Below the pieces are notes generated by a model that saw only the letters and a list, made by a program, of their open reading frames with translations, was not told the DNA's origin and made no database searches. A DNA stretch of 64,000 nucleotides from positions 192,001-256,000 of IMG/VR virus record IMGVR_UViG_3300037721_000031, one strand, 5' to 3'. The translations under genes and the position numbers were made by a program. The stretch comes from a virus (taxonomy: Duplodnaviria; Caudoviricetes). Below, in pieces: positions 52,129-62,277 of the stretch (positions are counted from its first letter, which is position 1; each line of letters starts with the position of its first letter).

Positions 52129-53475
52129 TCAATATTCTCGTTGCGCAAATACAGTTAACCCAGTTGAACATGTATGCCTAGATACAGTAATACCTGAACC
52201 TCTGGTGCTTACATAGTGATGAGCTTTTATTACTAATCCAAATATTTGACGAATCTCTTCTCCATCAAGATACAGTATCTTAACAGACATACCTGGTGTT
52301 ATAAGTGAGGGATCTGAGTTCTCCCATACTAGACCAATTAGTGACCCATTCTTAGCTGCTAACTGCGAGTACTCTAGCCATGGATTAGATGTAATTCTCT
52401 TGCTACTAGGTAAGACTAAATTATTTCCATTTGGTCTCTGAGTAGATATGAATTCATTACTTACATCACTTCGACTGATAATTGCTTTGTTACCACTCTT
52501 CTTAACGATAGTAGTCATAAACTGATTTGCATCAGAAAATCTTACACCGTTGCCAGAACTTAGTAACAATGCTTCACTTTCGTTTTTTACTTGAGCATCG
52601 CCTGTGGCTAATATCACGAGGTTATTACCATCTTTACGGAATGTGCGCTCAATACCTGGCATTCTGTTAGCTGGAAGGCGCACCACTGTTAAAGTCTTAT
52701 CACTGTGTTCAAACTTACTACTATCGTACGGCGGAAAAACATACCAATTATTAGCTTGATAATAATAAGAAAGTCCAGTGGTGTAAATACCTGAACAATG
52801 CTTGTGAATATATTCCGGAGCATCTACTAATCTAGTACCGTGAGGAATTACGATATGTTCCTGAACGTTTTGATTGGATGGCGGAACCATCTCTACGCCC
52901 AGTGGTATATCATTATCTTGAACTTCCACTTTAGGAGAGTACATGGTGAGAATAGACTTTACCACATCCTCTACTTTGCAGCGACGATATATTCCGCCTA
53001 CCGTTTTCATACGTACTTGATCAACAGATTTATTAATTAGCTGGAATTTTAGCTCAAACAAATTAGTTAAATCTAGAGATGCTTCATCTAACTCATTTGC
53101 TGAGTTTCCAGCTACATTTATAGCAATTGGATCAATTAAGGTAGCTACATATCGCTCAGACTCTATTACTCTGGTATTGTCTGGCTGACCATCAGTTTCA
53201 CCTAATGGTTCCTTATACATAGTTATTTCTAGATTTTTAAGATAAGGATAAATTCGATATGCGTACTTACCAGCAGAGATAACAAGAGTTACAATTGTCT
53301 CATCTGTGAATGAAGTCTCATAATCTCTAACGATATCAATCGAGAGTACCTTAATAGCCGGTGTTACCTGATCATTAGCATGTACGTCAGCGCGCCAAAA
53401 GTAAGTAACTTCTACAGCTGGATTAGTCGTGATCACTCCGATTTCGTTTGCAAGAGCTGACTCTAGTATATCCAT
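52129..53475 (-). CDS. Virion structural protein, probable baseplate hub-like
   Basis: 448 aa, beta-rich; position at end of phiKZ-type head/neck block (synteny from recollection). Confidence 0.55.
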   Translation of the reverse strand: MDILESALANEIGVITTNPAVEVTYFWRADVHANDQVTPAIKVLSIDIVRDYETSFTDETIVTLVISAGKYAYRIYPYLKNLEITMYKEPLGETDGQPDNTRVIESERYVATLIDPIAINVAGNSANELDEASLDLTNLFELKFQLINKSVDQVRMKTVGGIYRRCKVEDVVKSILTMYSPKVEVQDNDIPLGVEMVPPSNQNVQEHIVIPHGTRLVDAPEYIHKHCSGIYTTGLSYYYQANNWYVFPPYDSSKFEHSDKTLTVVRLPANRMPGIERTFRKDGNNLVILATGDAQVKNESEALLLSSGNGVRFSDANQFMTTIVKKSGNKAIISRSDVSNEFISTQRPNGNNLVLPSSKRITSNPWLEYSQLAAKNGSLIGLVWENSDPSLITPGMSVKILYLDGEEIRQIFGLVIKAHHYVSTRGSGITVSRHTCSTGLTVFAQREY

Positions 53476-53479
53476 GACA

Positions 53480-54202
53480 TTACTTTACTTTGTTGTACTG
53501 TGGAACACCACCAATAAAATCACCAATTGATGTTTTACTGCTGTTCATTCCTTTGCTGGAATTTGTATGATTCTTCTTTTTACTATTTCTATATGGCTGA
53601 AAATAATCAGACATAGATTCTCTCTTCGGATAGCGGTCATCCATATCTTTTTCTTCTTGCTGTTGTTTTGTAGTTGAGTTCTCAAGACGCTCAACCATGT
53701 CGTTCAAACTGGAGTGCCTGGTATCCATCCGACGAGTAATAAATGACGAGATCATGTCATCAGTAAATTGATACTTCGCATGCTCATAAACAGCATTGGC
53801 AAATCTATCCATTAGTTTCAAGTCTTCTAATGGAGCATTTCCTATATTCAGACTCTTCTCTAAATTTTGTTTCCACTGATTTAGATGATCGCTAATTCTC
53901 TCGTAGATTTTTTTAACATCTTCTTTACTTACAATAGAGACTTGTACGCCCTTACTATAATAAACGACCATCTCAGAGATCGGAATCATTACTAAGCGCA
54001 TCTCGTTAGCAGTACCGTAGTCGTAGCCTGGGTCGCCGGCTGTAGGCATTCCGTACTGTTGTAACTCTTCAATAGAAAGCATCTGGATATAAGGAATAGT
54101 TACTTGATAAAGTTCGTTCCAAATAAACCAAGCAGCTGGTCTGTTTTCATAAGGTACCCAAACTTCTGTCTGCGGTAACTCTCTATAAGCACTACTATCC
54201 AT
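53480..54202 (-). CDS. Conserved phiKZ-like protein of the virion operon
   Basis: 240-aa ORF, GGAGG upstream, within structural block. Confidence 0.6.
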   Translation of the reverse strand: MDSSAYRELPQTEVWVPYENRPAAWFIWNELYQVTIPYIQMLSIEELQQYGMPTAGDPGYDYGTANEMRLVMIPISEMVVYYSKGVQVSIVSKEDVKKIYERISDHLNQWKQNLEKSLNIGNAPLEDLKLMDRFANAVYEHAKYQFTDDMISSFITRRMDTRHSSLNDMVERLENSTTKQQQEEKDMDDRYPKRESMSDYFQPYRNSKKKNHTNSSKGMNSSKTSIGDFIGGVPQYNKVK

Positions 54203-54213
54203 AAATCCTCCAA

Positions 54214-54241
54214 AGTGTCTGAGGGAACTCCCTCAGACACT
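54214..54241. terminator. Hairpin terminator
   Basis: agtgtctgaggg-aact-ccctcagacact followed by atgccg. Confidence 0.7.
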
Positions 54242-54255
54242 ATGCCGTCTTGAAG

Positions 54256-55701
54256 TTAAAGGCCGCGAATAGCAGCCTTCATTAACATAAGTAAAACAGG
54301 TGTAAAGTAGAAACGATCTAAAGTATTCCAATTAACCATATCTTCGCAGAAAGACTTTAGTCTCTTAAAGCTCAAAACTTTATCGTCAATGTAATCTTGA
54401 ACCATAAGTTCTAATTGTGACTGCTTACCTATTACTCTGTTGTTCTTATAAAACTCTTCAGAGAATACATAGTAGTCATCTTTCATAGCTCGATGTATAA
54501 TAGGAGGTAGTACTAAATAGTTACCTACCGGATTACCGTCTTCATCTGTGAGATTATAACCATCAAGCGCACTGTGAATTACTTCAAATAAAGGAATAGG
54601 TTCTGGTAATAGAGCCGCAGTACTCAATCTAGTCGGACCTCTTTTCATGAGGTTACCATTGACTAGTTTCAAAGTAGGCATCAGTTTATAATCAACAGTC
54701 AGTGTCGGATCTGTTGGGTAAATGAGTTCCTCTACACCTGACCACCTTACACCTTCAAGCATTGGGTCAGAAGTAAATTCTCTAGAGTAGACTTTACCTA
54801 CTTTTAAGAAAACATCAGCCATACCAAGACGATCACGCTTTAGTAATGCGTACCATACGGATGATGCTTGTAACGCATAATCATCATCGACATTCAGTAC
54901 CTTCATGTCCTTAATTTCTTGAGTATCAAATATAGAAAATATACTAGACAAGAATTGAGTAAGGTAATGATCGTAAGTTGAGGTATCCTGACCGGGTAAA
55001 ATCACAGTAGATAGTTCTTTAGACATGAATGTCTTGAAATATCTATCCAGAATCATTCTGTAATTACGACGAAGATATTCAATGCTCTCATAATCTTCTT
55101 CAAAGATTAATGGATTCTGACCGTACTTAATAAAGTCTTTGTCGTACTGGAATGTTTGAACTACTTTTCTATTAAGATCATCTAGGCGTGATCCACCTTG
55201 TTCTATAACAGTATCTGAATATCCCATCATCTTGTATTCGATGGAATGAACAGCTTGTTTAAAAACAGATAGTCGAGTTACATTAGTAATCTCGAACACA
55301 CCTTCACGACCCGCACCAACGTCTGCTAGAAACATATCCCCTATGTTAGGAATCACAAACGGATAAACGTTTGCTTCTCCTGTAACGGATAGAGCATTTG
55401 TATCTGTATTCTGCGATGTAGTTAAGGCAGTGGTTACCTTTAACTCCATTCCTTTAATGAGCCGGTATTGTTGGTGGAGAGGTGAAGTTCCTTGACCTTG
55501 ACCCTGAGTGGCTGAATCTAAATCTAGAGCTTGACTGTAGTAATTTACTGTCCAGGAACTACCTTCCACACGTGTGAGTATGTTCTGAACTGGCTCCAAT
55601 TTAGTATCAACTGTTACACCTTTATACTCAGGCTTGGCAATCTGTACCACTGCAGACTTTGGGCTTGGTGGAGCGGTATCGTTCGGCGCCACTATAGGCA
55701 T
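54256..55701 (-). CDS. Virion structural protein, probable neck/head-closure (T4 gp14-like N-domain)
   Basis: PNIGDMF....G..FEITNV...F....Y echoes gp14-type beta-barrel; AGGAG upstream. Confidence 0.55.
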   Translation of the reverse strand: MPIVAPNDTAPPSPKSAVVQIAKPEYKGVTVDTKLEPVQNILTRVEGSSWTVNYYSQALDLDSATQGQGQGTSPLHQQYRLIKGMELKVTTALTTSQNTDTNALSVTGEANVYPFVIPNIGDMFLADVGAGREGVFEITNVTRLSVFKQAVHSIEYKMMGYSDTVIEQGGSRLDDLNRKVVQTFQYDKDFIKYGQNPLIFEEDYESIEYLRRNYRMILDRYFKTFMSKELSTVILPGQDTSTYDHYLTQFLSSIFSIFDTQEIKDMKVLNVDDDYALQASSVWYALLKRDRLGMADVFLKVGKVYSREFTSDPMLEGVRWSGVEELIYPTDPTLTVDYKLMPTLKLVNGNLMKRGPTRLSTAALLPEPIPLFEVIHSALDGYNLTDEDGNPVGNYLVLPPIIHRAMKDDYYVFSEEFYKNNRVIGKQSQLELMVQDYIDDKVLSFKRLKSFCEDMVNWNTLDRFYFTPVLLMLMKAAIRGL

Positions 55702-55721
55702 ATTTTTCTCCTGCTGAGTAG

Positions 55722-57287
55722 TTAACTATTCGTTCGAGATGAGTCCACGAACAAAATCATGACGGTGTTAAATTGATGAAGTTGTTGAGTTCGCTTAGTA
55801 TCGAAATATTTATCAATTTCAAATGCTGCGCGGTCAAATTCTTTTCTAGACATGTAATTACCAACCATACAAGTAGGCAGAAATCCTTCTTGTTCAAGAT
55901 TAGGTCTTAAAGCTGTTAATAGCATGCGTGTGAGCGAACAGTTATTACGCAGTCTGTCTTTAGCCTCAGTAGGTAATAGGTTCGGCCTCTGATATAAAGC
56001 AAGTCTTACATGGAATGTATCTCTCAGGCTAGGCGGTTCTACTAAGCTAACCATTAGATCAGAATCAATAACGTATTGATCTCTTTGAAGAGGAAGCTCA
56101 TTACGGTAAACCATCAGATGAAAAATAGACATTCCTAACTTAGTCATCCATTGATACTCTGTTCGCATGAACTCTAAAACATCTTCATCCAGATCATGAG
56201 TTCCGAGTTGTTCTAAACTAAGTAACTCAAGAGGATTATCCAGATCAATAGTAGTCAGACCTGTAAGTATTCTAAGAGTTTCTGGAGGGACAGTACCTGG
56301 TTCTGGCAGGAACTCATCAAACTCAGGAATAGATATTCCCGGCATCGCAATGTTCTCAGTAGGTATAGAGCTCTCAAATAACCTAAGACTATATGCTGAC
56401 TGAGTATACTGTAATGCGTAGTCTTCCACTCTTTCAACTTGAGTAGTTGGTCTATAGTTCTTATCAATTAGTTGATTGTTAATAACTAAAGGATAGGTCA
56501 TAACTGATGCAACAGGCTTATCATACTTGAAAGTGTATGTAAACTCTATGTTCTGTACACTTGATTCACTTTGCTTTTCATTCTCATCAGGTACAAGACT
56601 AAAATTAAAGTAACCAAGTATACGAGCCTGTGCTTCAGCTACACCCCATTGTGTTTGCTTACCAGCTAGATTACCAAGTAGTCTGGCTTTAGGAGAGAAA
56701 TAGAATTGAAGATACTCATCCCATGTTTGACCGTATGGCTCGTAATCTTCTTTTTCTCTCATCTTGTATATTTCTTCTAACACCTTAATAAATTCAGGTG
56801 GAAGAAGATAGCTGTAGCTCACATCGTGTACCCGAACATCACGACTCATCGCAATGCGAGTACGGATATCTTCTCTCCAACGAATAGCTTGATCCTTATC
56901 AGTAAATCGTGAACGTATACGCAAAGTCACATCACAAGGGCTATACGCTGGACGGATCCATACACGAGCGTCTTCATCGTCAAAAATTCTTGGGTTATCA
57001 TCATACAGTACTGCCATTGACAGACCGCGATCTTCTTGATGAACTTCCTCAATGGATATTTTCCACATTGAGTGAGCATCAAAGAAATTAAACTCTTTTT
57101 CATTAGAGATAGTGGATCCAGTCTGAGGAGGCCGCTCATCATATCCTGGAAAAATTATCTGTGTATCTTTGGGTAAGCCTGTCCATACAAGTAATTGTCG
57201 GACAATATCGAGCGTCACTGGTCGAGTCACGCTATCCCGGACGCCCGGATTTGCTAATACCAGTTTTGGCATAAGGTATGTCCTCAA
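55722..57287 (-). CDS. Virion structural protein, possible tail terminator/neck (start probably MPKLV)
   Basis: 521 aa in structural block; GAGGA before MPKLV. Confidence 0.5.
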   Translation of the reverse strand: MRTYLMPKLVLANPGVRDSVTRPVTLDIVRQLLVWTGLPKDTQIIFPGYDERPPQTGSTISNEKEFNFFDAHSMWKISIEEVHQEDRGLSMAVLYDDNPRIFDDEDARVWIRPAYSPCDVTLRIRSRFTDKDQAIRWREDIRTRIAMSRDVRVHDVSYSYLLPPEFIKVLEEIYKMREKEDYEPYGQTWDEYLQFYFSPKARLLGNLAGKQTQWGVAEAQARILGYFNFSLVPDENEKQSESSVQNIEFTYTFKYDKPVASVMTYPLVINNQLIDKNYRPTTQVERVEDYALQYTQSAYSLRLFESSIPTENIAMPGISIPEFDEFLPEPGTVPPETLRILTGLTTIDLDNPLELLSLEQLGTHDLDEDVLEFMRTEYQWMTKLGMSIFHLMVYRNELPLQRDQYVIDSDLMVSLVEPPSLRDTFHVRLALYQRPNLLPTEAKDRLRNNCSLTRMLLTALRPNLEQEGFLPTCMVGNYMSRKEFDRAAFEIDKYFDTKRTQQLHQFNTVMILFVDSSRTNS

Positions 57288-57332
57288 GTATGTTTAATCA
57301 CATAATTTCTAGCATTATGTTAAAAACAACAA

Positions 57333-57369
57333 CATAAAAGGAAAAGGGGTAATCCCTTTTCCTTTTATG
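57333..57369. terminator. Hairpin terminator
   Basis: cataaaaggaaaaggg-gtaat-cccttttccttttatg. Confidence 0.8.
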
Positions 57370-57392
57370 AGATTGCTAAATTAAAGAAGTAG

Positions 57393-58700
57393 TTACTTAG
57401 CTTGTGTTGTTGCTTCTAAGTCATCAACAACAATGCGAATGACTTGGTTTATAATCTTAGAATTAAGAGAATATAATCCAGCTAAAGCATTCACAGGAGT
57501 TGATTCCAAGTTTCTCACAACTGAGGTAACAATATTCAAGTACGGTAACTTAGAGTTAATATCTCCAGAGATAGAATCTACTTGCACTGTCTTCTCAATT
57601 ACGCGAACCAGAGTATCGATATCATTTTGTCGTGTAGTCAGCGCAGTGTTTATCTTATCTGACAAATCAATCAATCGCATTGCTAGCTTCAACAGTTGTG
57701 AAGATTCATTACGCGGCATTGTATCCATCTGAACAGGATTAACAGGTGTGCTTTTTACAGCGATGTGTACTTTCAGATCGGATAAATTGTCTCTGAATGT
57801 CGATGCAATTTGTTCATTACTATCGCTGTCTTTTACAGTCTTTTCACCAATGTCAACTGTAACCATACCACCGCTAAGAAATCCACCTGTAATCTCAAAC
57901 CCTTTACCAACCTTCTTTGAGTTGCGGAGTCTACTAAAATCACGGATGGTGCGATCAGAAGCCAGCATTGAAGCATAGCTAGCAGTCAGCGGCTTATTGT
58001 CAGCCTGAACAGCTTTATAGAAGTTACCAGCAATTTGAACAATCGTACTAATATAATCATTAGCAGCAGCTAAGTACTTTTCTGATCCTTCAGCATGCAG
58101 TGCTAACTGATAAATCATATCAGAAACCTTACTACACACATGTACGTCACCGTCAGCATTTAGAAAATAAAGCGGTTTTGTCTTGAATTTCTTACCAGTA
58201 ATTTTGTTATCATCGACGTCATTTAATGATAATTGCAACTTCTTAATTTGCAAACGTCTCTGACCAATCAACTTACTGTGACTAGTCAAAAACTCTGTAA
58301 TCTTCTTCTTAATAGCTGCAAGAATACGAGCAACTTCTGCAAGAATACGCTTAATCACTTCTTTGATTCTTGCACCGACTGTACTACCGGAAGAGATGTC
58401 TTCCATAGCAGGGAAAATAACAGATGCGTCAGCACCAGTTCCCAACATGGTTGCATCTGTGGCTATTTGAATTAGTGCAGCTTCTCTAGGAGTAACTGTT
58501 TCTTCAGAAGTAGCAATGAACGCCAGATCTTCAAGAGCTCCAACGACATTCATCACACTATCGACTTCTCTAAAATCGTTTACAATCTGAGCTTCAGCAC
58601 TGTCGACTGTAGCTTGTAGCTCATCAATTTCCTCCATCGACAATGAAGGTTCGGACTGAGAATCAAGCTGACCATCCATAGCCAGTTTAATAATATTCAT
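57393..58700 (-). CDS. Inner head protein (phiKZ gp93/gp162-like paralogue family)
   Basis: Acidic propeptide with LSMEE and PAMED sites, then helical ..IK..I.RI..I..AI segment. Confidence 0.8.
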   Translation of the reverse strand: MNIIKLAMDGQLDSQSEPSLSMEEIDELQATVDSAEAQIVNDFREVDSVMNVVGALEDLAFIATSEETVTPREAALIQIATDATMLGTGADASVIFPAMEDISSGSTVGARIKEVIKRILAEVARILAAIKKKITEFLTSHSKLIGQRRLQIKKLQLSLNDVDDNKITGKKFKTKPLYFLNADGDVHVCSKVSDMIYQLALHAEGSEKYLAAANDYISTIVQIAGNFYKAVQADNKPLTASYASMLASDRTIRDFSRLRNSKKVGKGFEITGGFLSGGMVTVDIGEKTVKDSDSNEQIASTFRDNLSDLKVHIAVKSTPVNPVQMDTMPRNESSQLLKLAMRLIDLSDKINTALTTRQNDIDTLVRVIEKTVQVDSISGDINSKLPYLNIVTSVVRNLESTPVNALAGLYSLNSKIINQVIRIVVDDLEATTQAK

Positions 58701-58854
58701 AAATAACTTTCAAGAATGTTTGGAATTTATTGCTCATGTAATTAGAGCTACATAGAATCTGTAATTAGAAAATACAATAGCGGCATAAAGAGAGATTAAT
58801 GGTGGAATTTTCACTCCACCATTAATCTCCAACACTACCATTACTATTATTATT

Positions 58855-60129
58855 TCAGACTTCGTACTGTTCAATAGATTTTTCGCAGTAACTGAGAACT
58901 GAATTAGAACACGATGTAGCAAAACCAAAAACCCTACTATGAATACCACGTGCAATATACGGAGCCACAATTGCTATTGCACCAAGTACCTCACGATGAC
59001 TCGGATTCATATCCGTTGGAGTTTTCTTCAGCACTTCAAGCGCCTTAGTAAGCTTAACAGATGTAGACTTAAGAACAGACTCGAAGTGATGATAAGTGGC
59101 AATGTCGTAACATACTTTTTCAACCATACCGCAAAGAATCTTAATTTCTGAAATACTAAGAGTCTTCATTGTACCGTCACCGGCGTCTTCGGAAGCGACA
59201 TCGTCATCACGTCTAATAACAAAACTCAAATGCCGCAATGTCTCCAAACTAGTTGGTACAGTCATAATACCGACATATCCGCCTGGCAGTAAGTCGGTAG
59301 TATATACATCAGTACCTGCCTTCACATAGATGTCAGCAATCTTACCGATCTCTTGACTATGCTTAAAGATATTACCATAAGCCTTATCTATTACTTCAGG
59401 GAACCGCGCCACTAGCTTTAATGTAGCAGTAATGTCTTTAGCTTCTGCATTTGCAAACTCTTCAACGATACTATTCAGAAGAATAACGTGATCACCCTTA
59501 GAATCTACCTTATAGGCGTCACCAACCAATTCAGCCAATTCTTTATAACGCTTAGAAAGGTCTTCACCTTTACTAAGTGCTTTAGAAAGACCACGGTCCA
59601 TAAATGAAGCATTACTAGGTTTACCACTAAGACTATTAAGACGCTTATTTAACGCTTTAGCTTTGTTTTCTAAGTGCTTTGCTGCGTTAGATACTTTCTT
59701 TACAAAATCACTGATCCAATCGACAGCCTTTCTGAAAGCTTCGACAATAGCGGCCATAATACGGACTGCGTGATCCTTAATCTTAGAAGCTACCGTCTTA
59801 GCACCTTCTAAGAAATCAGCTTCCATAGAAAGAGTTTGCGGAAACTCCAGACCAATAGACTCATAGATTTGTTCAATAGCGATCTCAGCTAACGCTGTTA
59901 CTGTGGCGGTATCCGTAGTTTCAGTAATACCGTCTTTAATAGCACCAGCTACACGATATAAAGAATCAATAGCCTTATTAGCAGACTGAATTTCATCAAA
60001 AGCTTTATCTACAACTTCACCCGCTTGCTCTGATTCAGTAACTGATGTCTGGACATCTCCTTCCAGAATAACAACACTGTCATCTTTAGGCTCATCACAT
60101 TCAGTGATGTATTGCAATAACTTGTTCAT
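58855..60129 (-). CDS. Inner head protein paralogue (start revised to MNKLL)
   Basis: Propeptide ending TLSME; IKDHAVRIMAAIVEAFRKAVDWI; AAGGA before 60129. Confidence 0.8.
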   Translation of the reverse strand: MNKLLQYITECDEPKDDSVVILEGDVQTSVTESEQAGEVVDKAFDEIQSANKAIDSLYRVAGAIKDGITETTDTATVTALAEIAIEQIYESIGLEFPQTLSMEADFLEGAKTVASKIKDHAVRIMAAIVEAFRKAVDWISDFVKKVSNAAKHLENKAKALNKRLNSLSGKPSNASFMDRGLSKALSKGEDLSKRYKELAELVGDAYKVDSKGDHVILLNSIVEEFANAEAKDITATLKLVARFPEVIDKAYGNIFKHSQEIGKIADIYVKAGTDVYTTDLLPGGYVGIMTVPTSLETLRHLSFVIRRDDDVASEDAGDGTMKTLSISEIKILCGMVEKVCYDIATYHHFESVLKSTSVKLTKALEVLKKTPTDMNPSHREVLGAIAIVAPYIARGIHSRVFGFATSCSNSVLSYCEKSIEQYEV

Positions 60130-60176
60130 GTATCTTCCTTGAGAATGGTTATTTGTCAATAATGGAAAATGCGTAT

Positions 60177-60204
60177 AAACAGAGAGGCTTACGCCTCTCT
60201 GTTT
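60177..60204 (-). terminator. Terminator with GTAA (GNRA) loop on minus strand
   Basis: aaacagagaggc-ttac-gcctctctgttt. Confidence 0.8.
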
Positions 60205-60249
60205 AATTTTCACTTAAAATACCACTATAAACTTTTTGAGTTTATTTTC

Positions 60250-62238
60250 TCAAGCTGCCTTAGCGTCGTACTGCTTAGCAGACTCTGTTGCCAGATTCAA
60301 AGAAGCACTAACAACACGTGAAGCAACAACAGCCGCAGGCTGATGGATACCCTTGATCAAATGACGGATAGTCTTAAGAGAAGATAAAACACCCTTCATC
60401 TTAGCTGCAGTACCTTCACCCTTACCGAATGCGTCGGCAGCAGCCATCGTACCGATAACCTTAGCCACACCGTCAGACCACATACCGATGTCTTTTTGGA
60501 AAGCGCTATAAGCCTTCGATGTTTCCACAAATGCCAGTGCAACCTTAGCCACATCTGCAATTTGAGCAGGCGTCAACACATTAGCTTGTGCATCTTCTGC
60601 AACTTTAGAAGTATTAGGATCAATACCAATTCCAGAACGGAACGAGGCAACAGCATCAGTAGACTTAGGAATGTATGCCCAGACGACTTGCTCACCAAGG
60701 AACCTTTGAGTCATGCTGATAGACGTACCATCCGGCGCTTCAGCAACACCAACTCTAGCACCAAGGCTATTTGCAACGTTGTTATATTGCAGACCCTTAC
60801 CAGTCACAGTGCTAATAGCCGCTAGTACCATGGCTTCAGCCTTATCGGCATCAGCAGTAGTCTTAGCTTGCTCAATAGCCTTAATGACGTTGCTGATTGT
60901 TTCAGCCACATGACTATTTGCAGAACCCTCAAAGAAGTCAACAGCCTTCTTAACTTCACCTGCTAAATTCGACGGAACCTTACCGCCGAGAGTGAGTGAT
61001 TTAACAAGAGTCGCATTACCGACCGTCTTAGCTTTTGGCATTCCAGTCATCTTTTCAGATGCAGCAAGGAGCTTCTCAGCACGAGCCTTGATGTGAGCGT
61101 TTGCATTGAAAATCTTGGTAACAAATTCTTGAACCCACTGGATAGCCTTCTTCACACCTTCGACTACGGCAGCCCAGATCTTTTTAGCTTGCTCACGGAT
61201 GTCTTCCAGAGCAATAGAAGTGGCAGAGACGCGAGCTTCGTCAATGTTAAACGATTCCATAGCAGGAATGCCAAGAGCCTTACCCATACCCATGTGGGAA
61301 TAGATATGTTCGGCAGCGACCTTCAGAATACGTGCACCATGAATGTCAAGACCACCGTTAGAAGCAGCTGAAGCAGCAATTTCTACGAACGACTCAAGAA
61401 CCATAGCTGTATCTTCGGCATCGTCACACTCTTCCATGAGTTCAGCCGTATCTTCGGCATTGTCAACAGCATCCTGAATCTCAACTTCGGTCCGTTCACC
61501 GTCAGTTTCAATAACAGTCATGTCTTCAGCAGAAATAGACGGAGTGTCGAGAACAGTTACTTCAACAGCAACTTTGTCTTCAGTCTGGACAACTTCGACC
61601 ACTGTCTCGGCAGTAGTTACAGTAGTGACGGAATCAGTAGTAGTCACAGTAGCAACCGTTTCACCAGCTGCATCCTTTACGACAGCCGTTTCACCTTCAG
61701 CAACGGTAGTCTGAGCCGGTGTCTCTTCAGCAGTAACCGTAGTTGCTGTGTCAGTGACAGCGATAGCATCTGTAGTAGCCGGAGCAGTAGCATCAACAGC
61801 GGTGTCGGCGACAGCTGTAGCAGCTGCAGTAGTATCGACAGCTGCAGCTGCAGTATCCACGGTAACTTCATCTTCAGTAGCAACCACTTCACCACTCTTC
61901 AAGCGAGCGATCTCCGCTTCCAGTTCACTGATTCTCTTTTGAGCGTCAGTCACAACTTCAGCTGGCTTTTCTTCAGGAGTAACTTCAGTTACTTCAGCAA
62001 CAGCATCTTGAGTAGCGGGAACAACTTCACTGGCGGTGGCGGGAGCTTCTTCCAGCTTGTCTGTCTTTTCAACAGTAGCGACTTCAGTAGACTCCACCTT
62101 CACCGTAACTTCAACATTGTCAGTAGCTGCAGTCACTTCAGTAACGGGACGAGTTTCTTCAACAGCACTAACTTCTTCGTTTTCTAAGGCCACTTGCTTA
62201 ATTGCAAGCTGAAACAAGCCTCGATTGATACGACGCAT
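60250..62238 (-). CDS. Major inner head protein paralogue with very long acidic A/T/V-rich propeptide
   Basis: VALEN, SISAED, IPAMES, SIALED; IREQAKKIWAAVVEGVKKAIQWV. Confidence 0.85.
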   Translation of the reverse strand: MRRINRGLFQLAIKQVALENEEVSAVEETRPVTEVTAATDNVEVTVKVESTEVATVEKTDKLEEAPATASEVVPATQDAVAEVTEVTPEEKPAEVVTDAQKRISELEAEIARLKSGEVVATEDEVTVDTAAAAVDTTAAATAVADTAVDATAPATTDAIAVTDTATTVTAEETPAQTTVAEGETAVVKDAAGETVATVTTTDSVTTVTTAETVVEVVQTEDKVAVEVTVLDTPSISAEDMTVIETDGERTEVEIQDAVDNAEDTAELMEECDDAEDTAMVLESFVEIAASAASNGGLDIHGARILKVAAEHIYSHMGMGKALGIPAMESFNIDEARVSATSIALEDIREQAKKIWAAVVEGVKKAIQWVQEFVTKIFNANAHIKARAEKLLAASEKMTGMPKAKTVGNATLVKSLTLGGKVPSNLAGEVKKAVDFFEGSANSHVAETISNVIKAIEQAKTTADADKAEAMVLAAISTVTGKGLQYNNVANSLGARVGVAEAPDGTSISMTQRFLGEQVVWAYIPKSTDAVASFRSGIGIDPNTSKVAEDAQANVLTPAQIADVAKVALAFVETSKAYSAFQKDIGMWSDGVAKVIGTMAAADAFGKGEGTAAKMKGVLSSLKTIRHLIKGIHQPAAVVASRVVSASLNLATESAKQYDAKAA

Positions 62239-62277
62239 AATTGTAACTCCATTCGAATGGGGAAATAAACAAGTTTA

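Noticed and set aside
60130-60213. Track N-terminal extension of the 58855 head protein
   Set aside because: Spans a terminator; the RBS precedes ATG at 60129
61520-62160. Tandem DNA repeat in the Ala/Thr-rich region
   Set aside because: Low-complexity coding sequence without a fixed repeat unit
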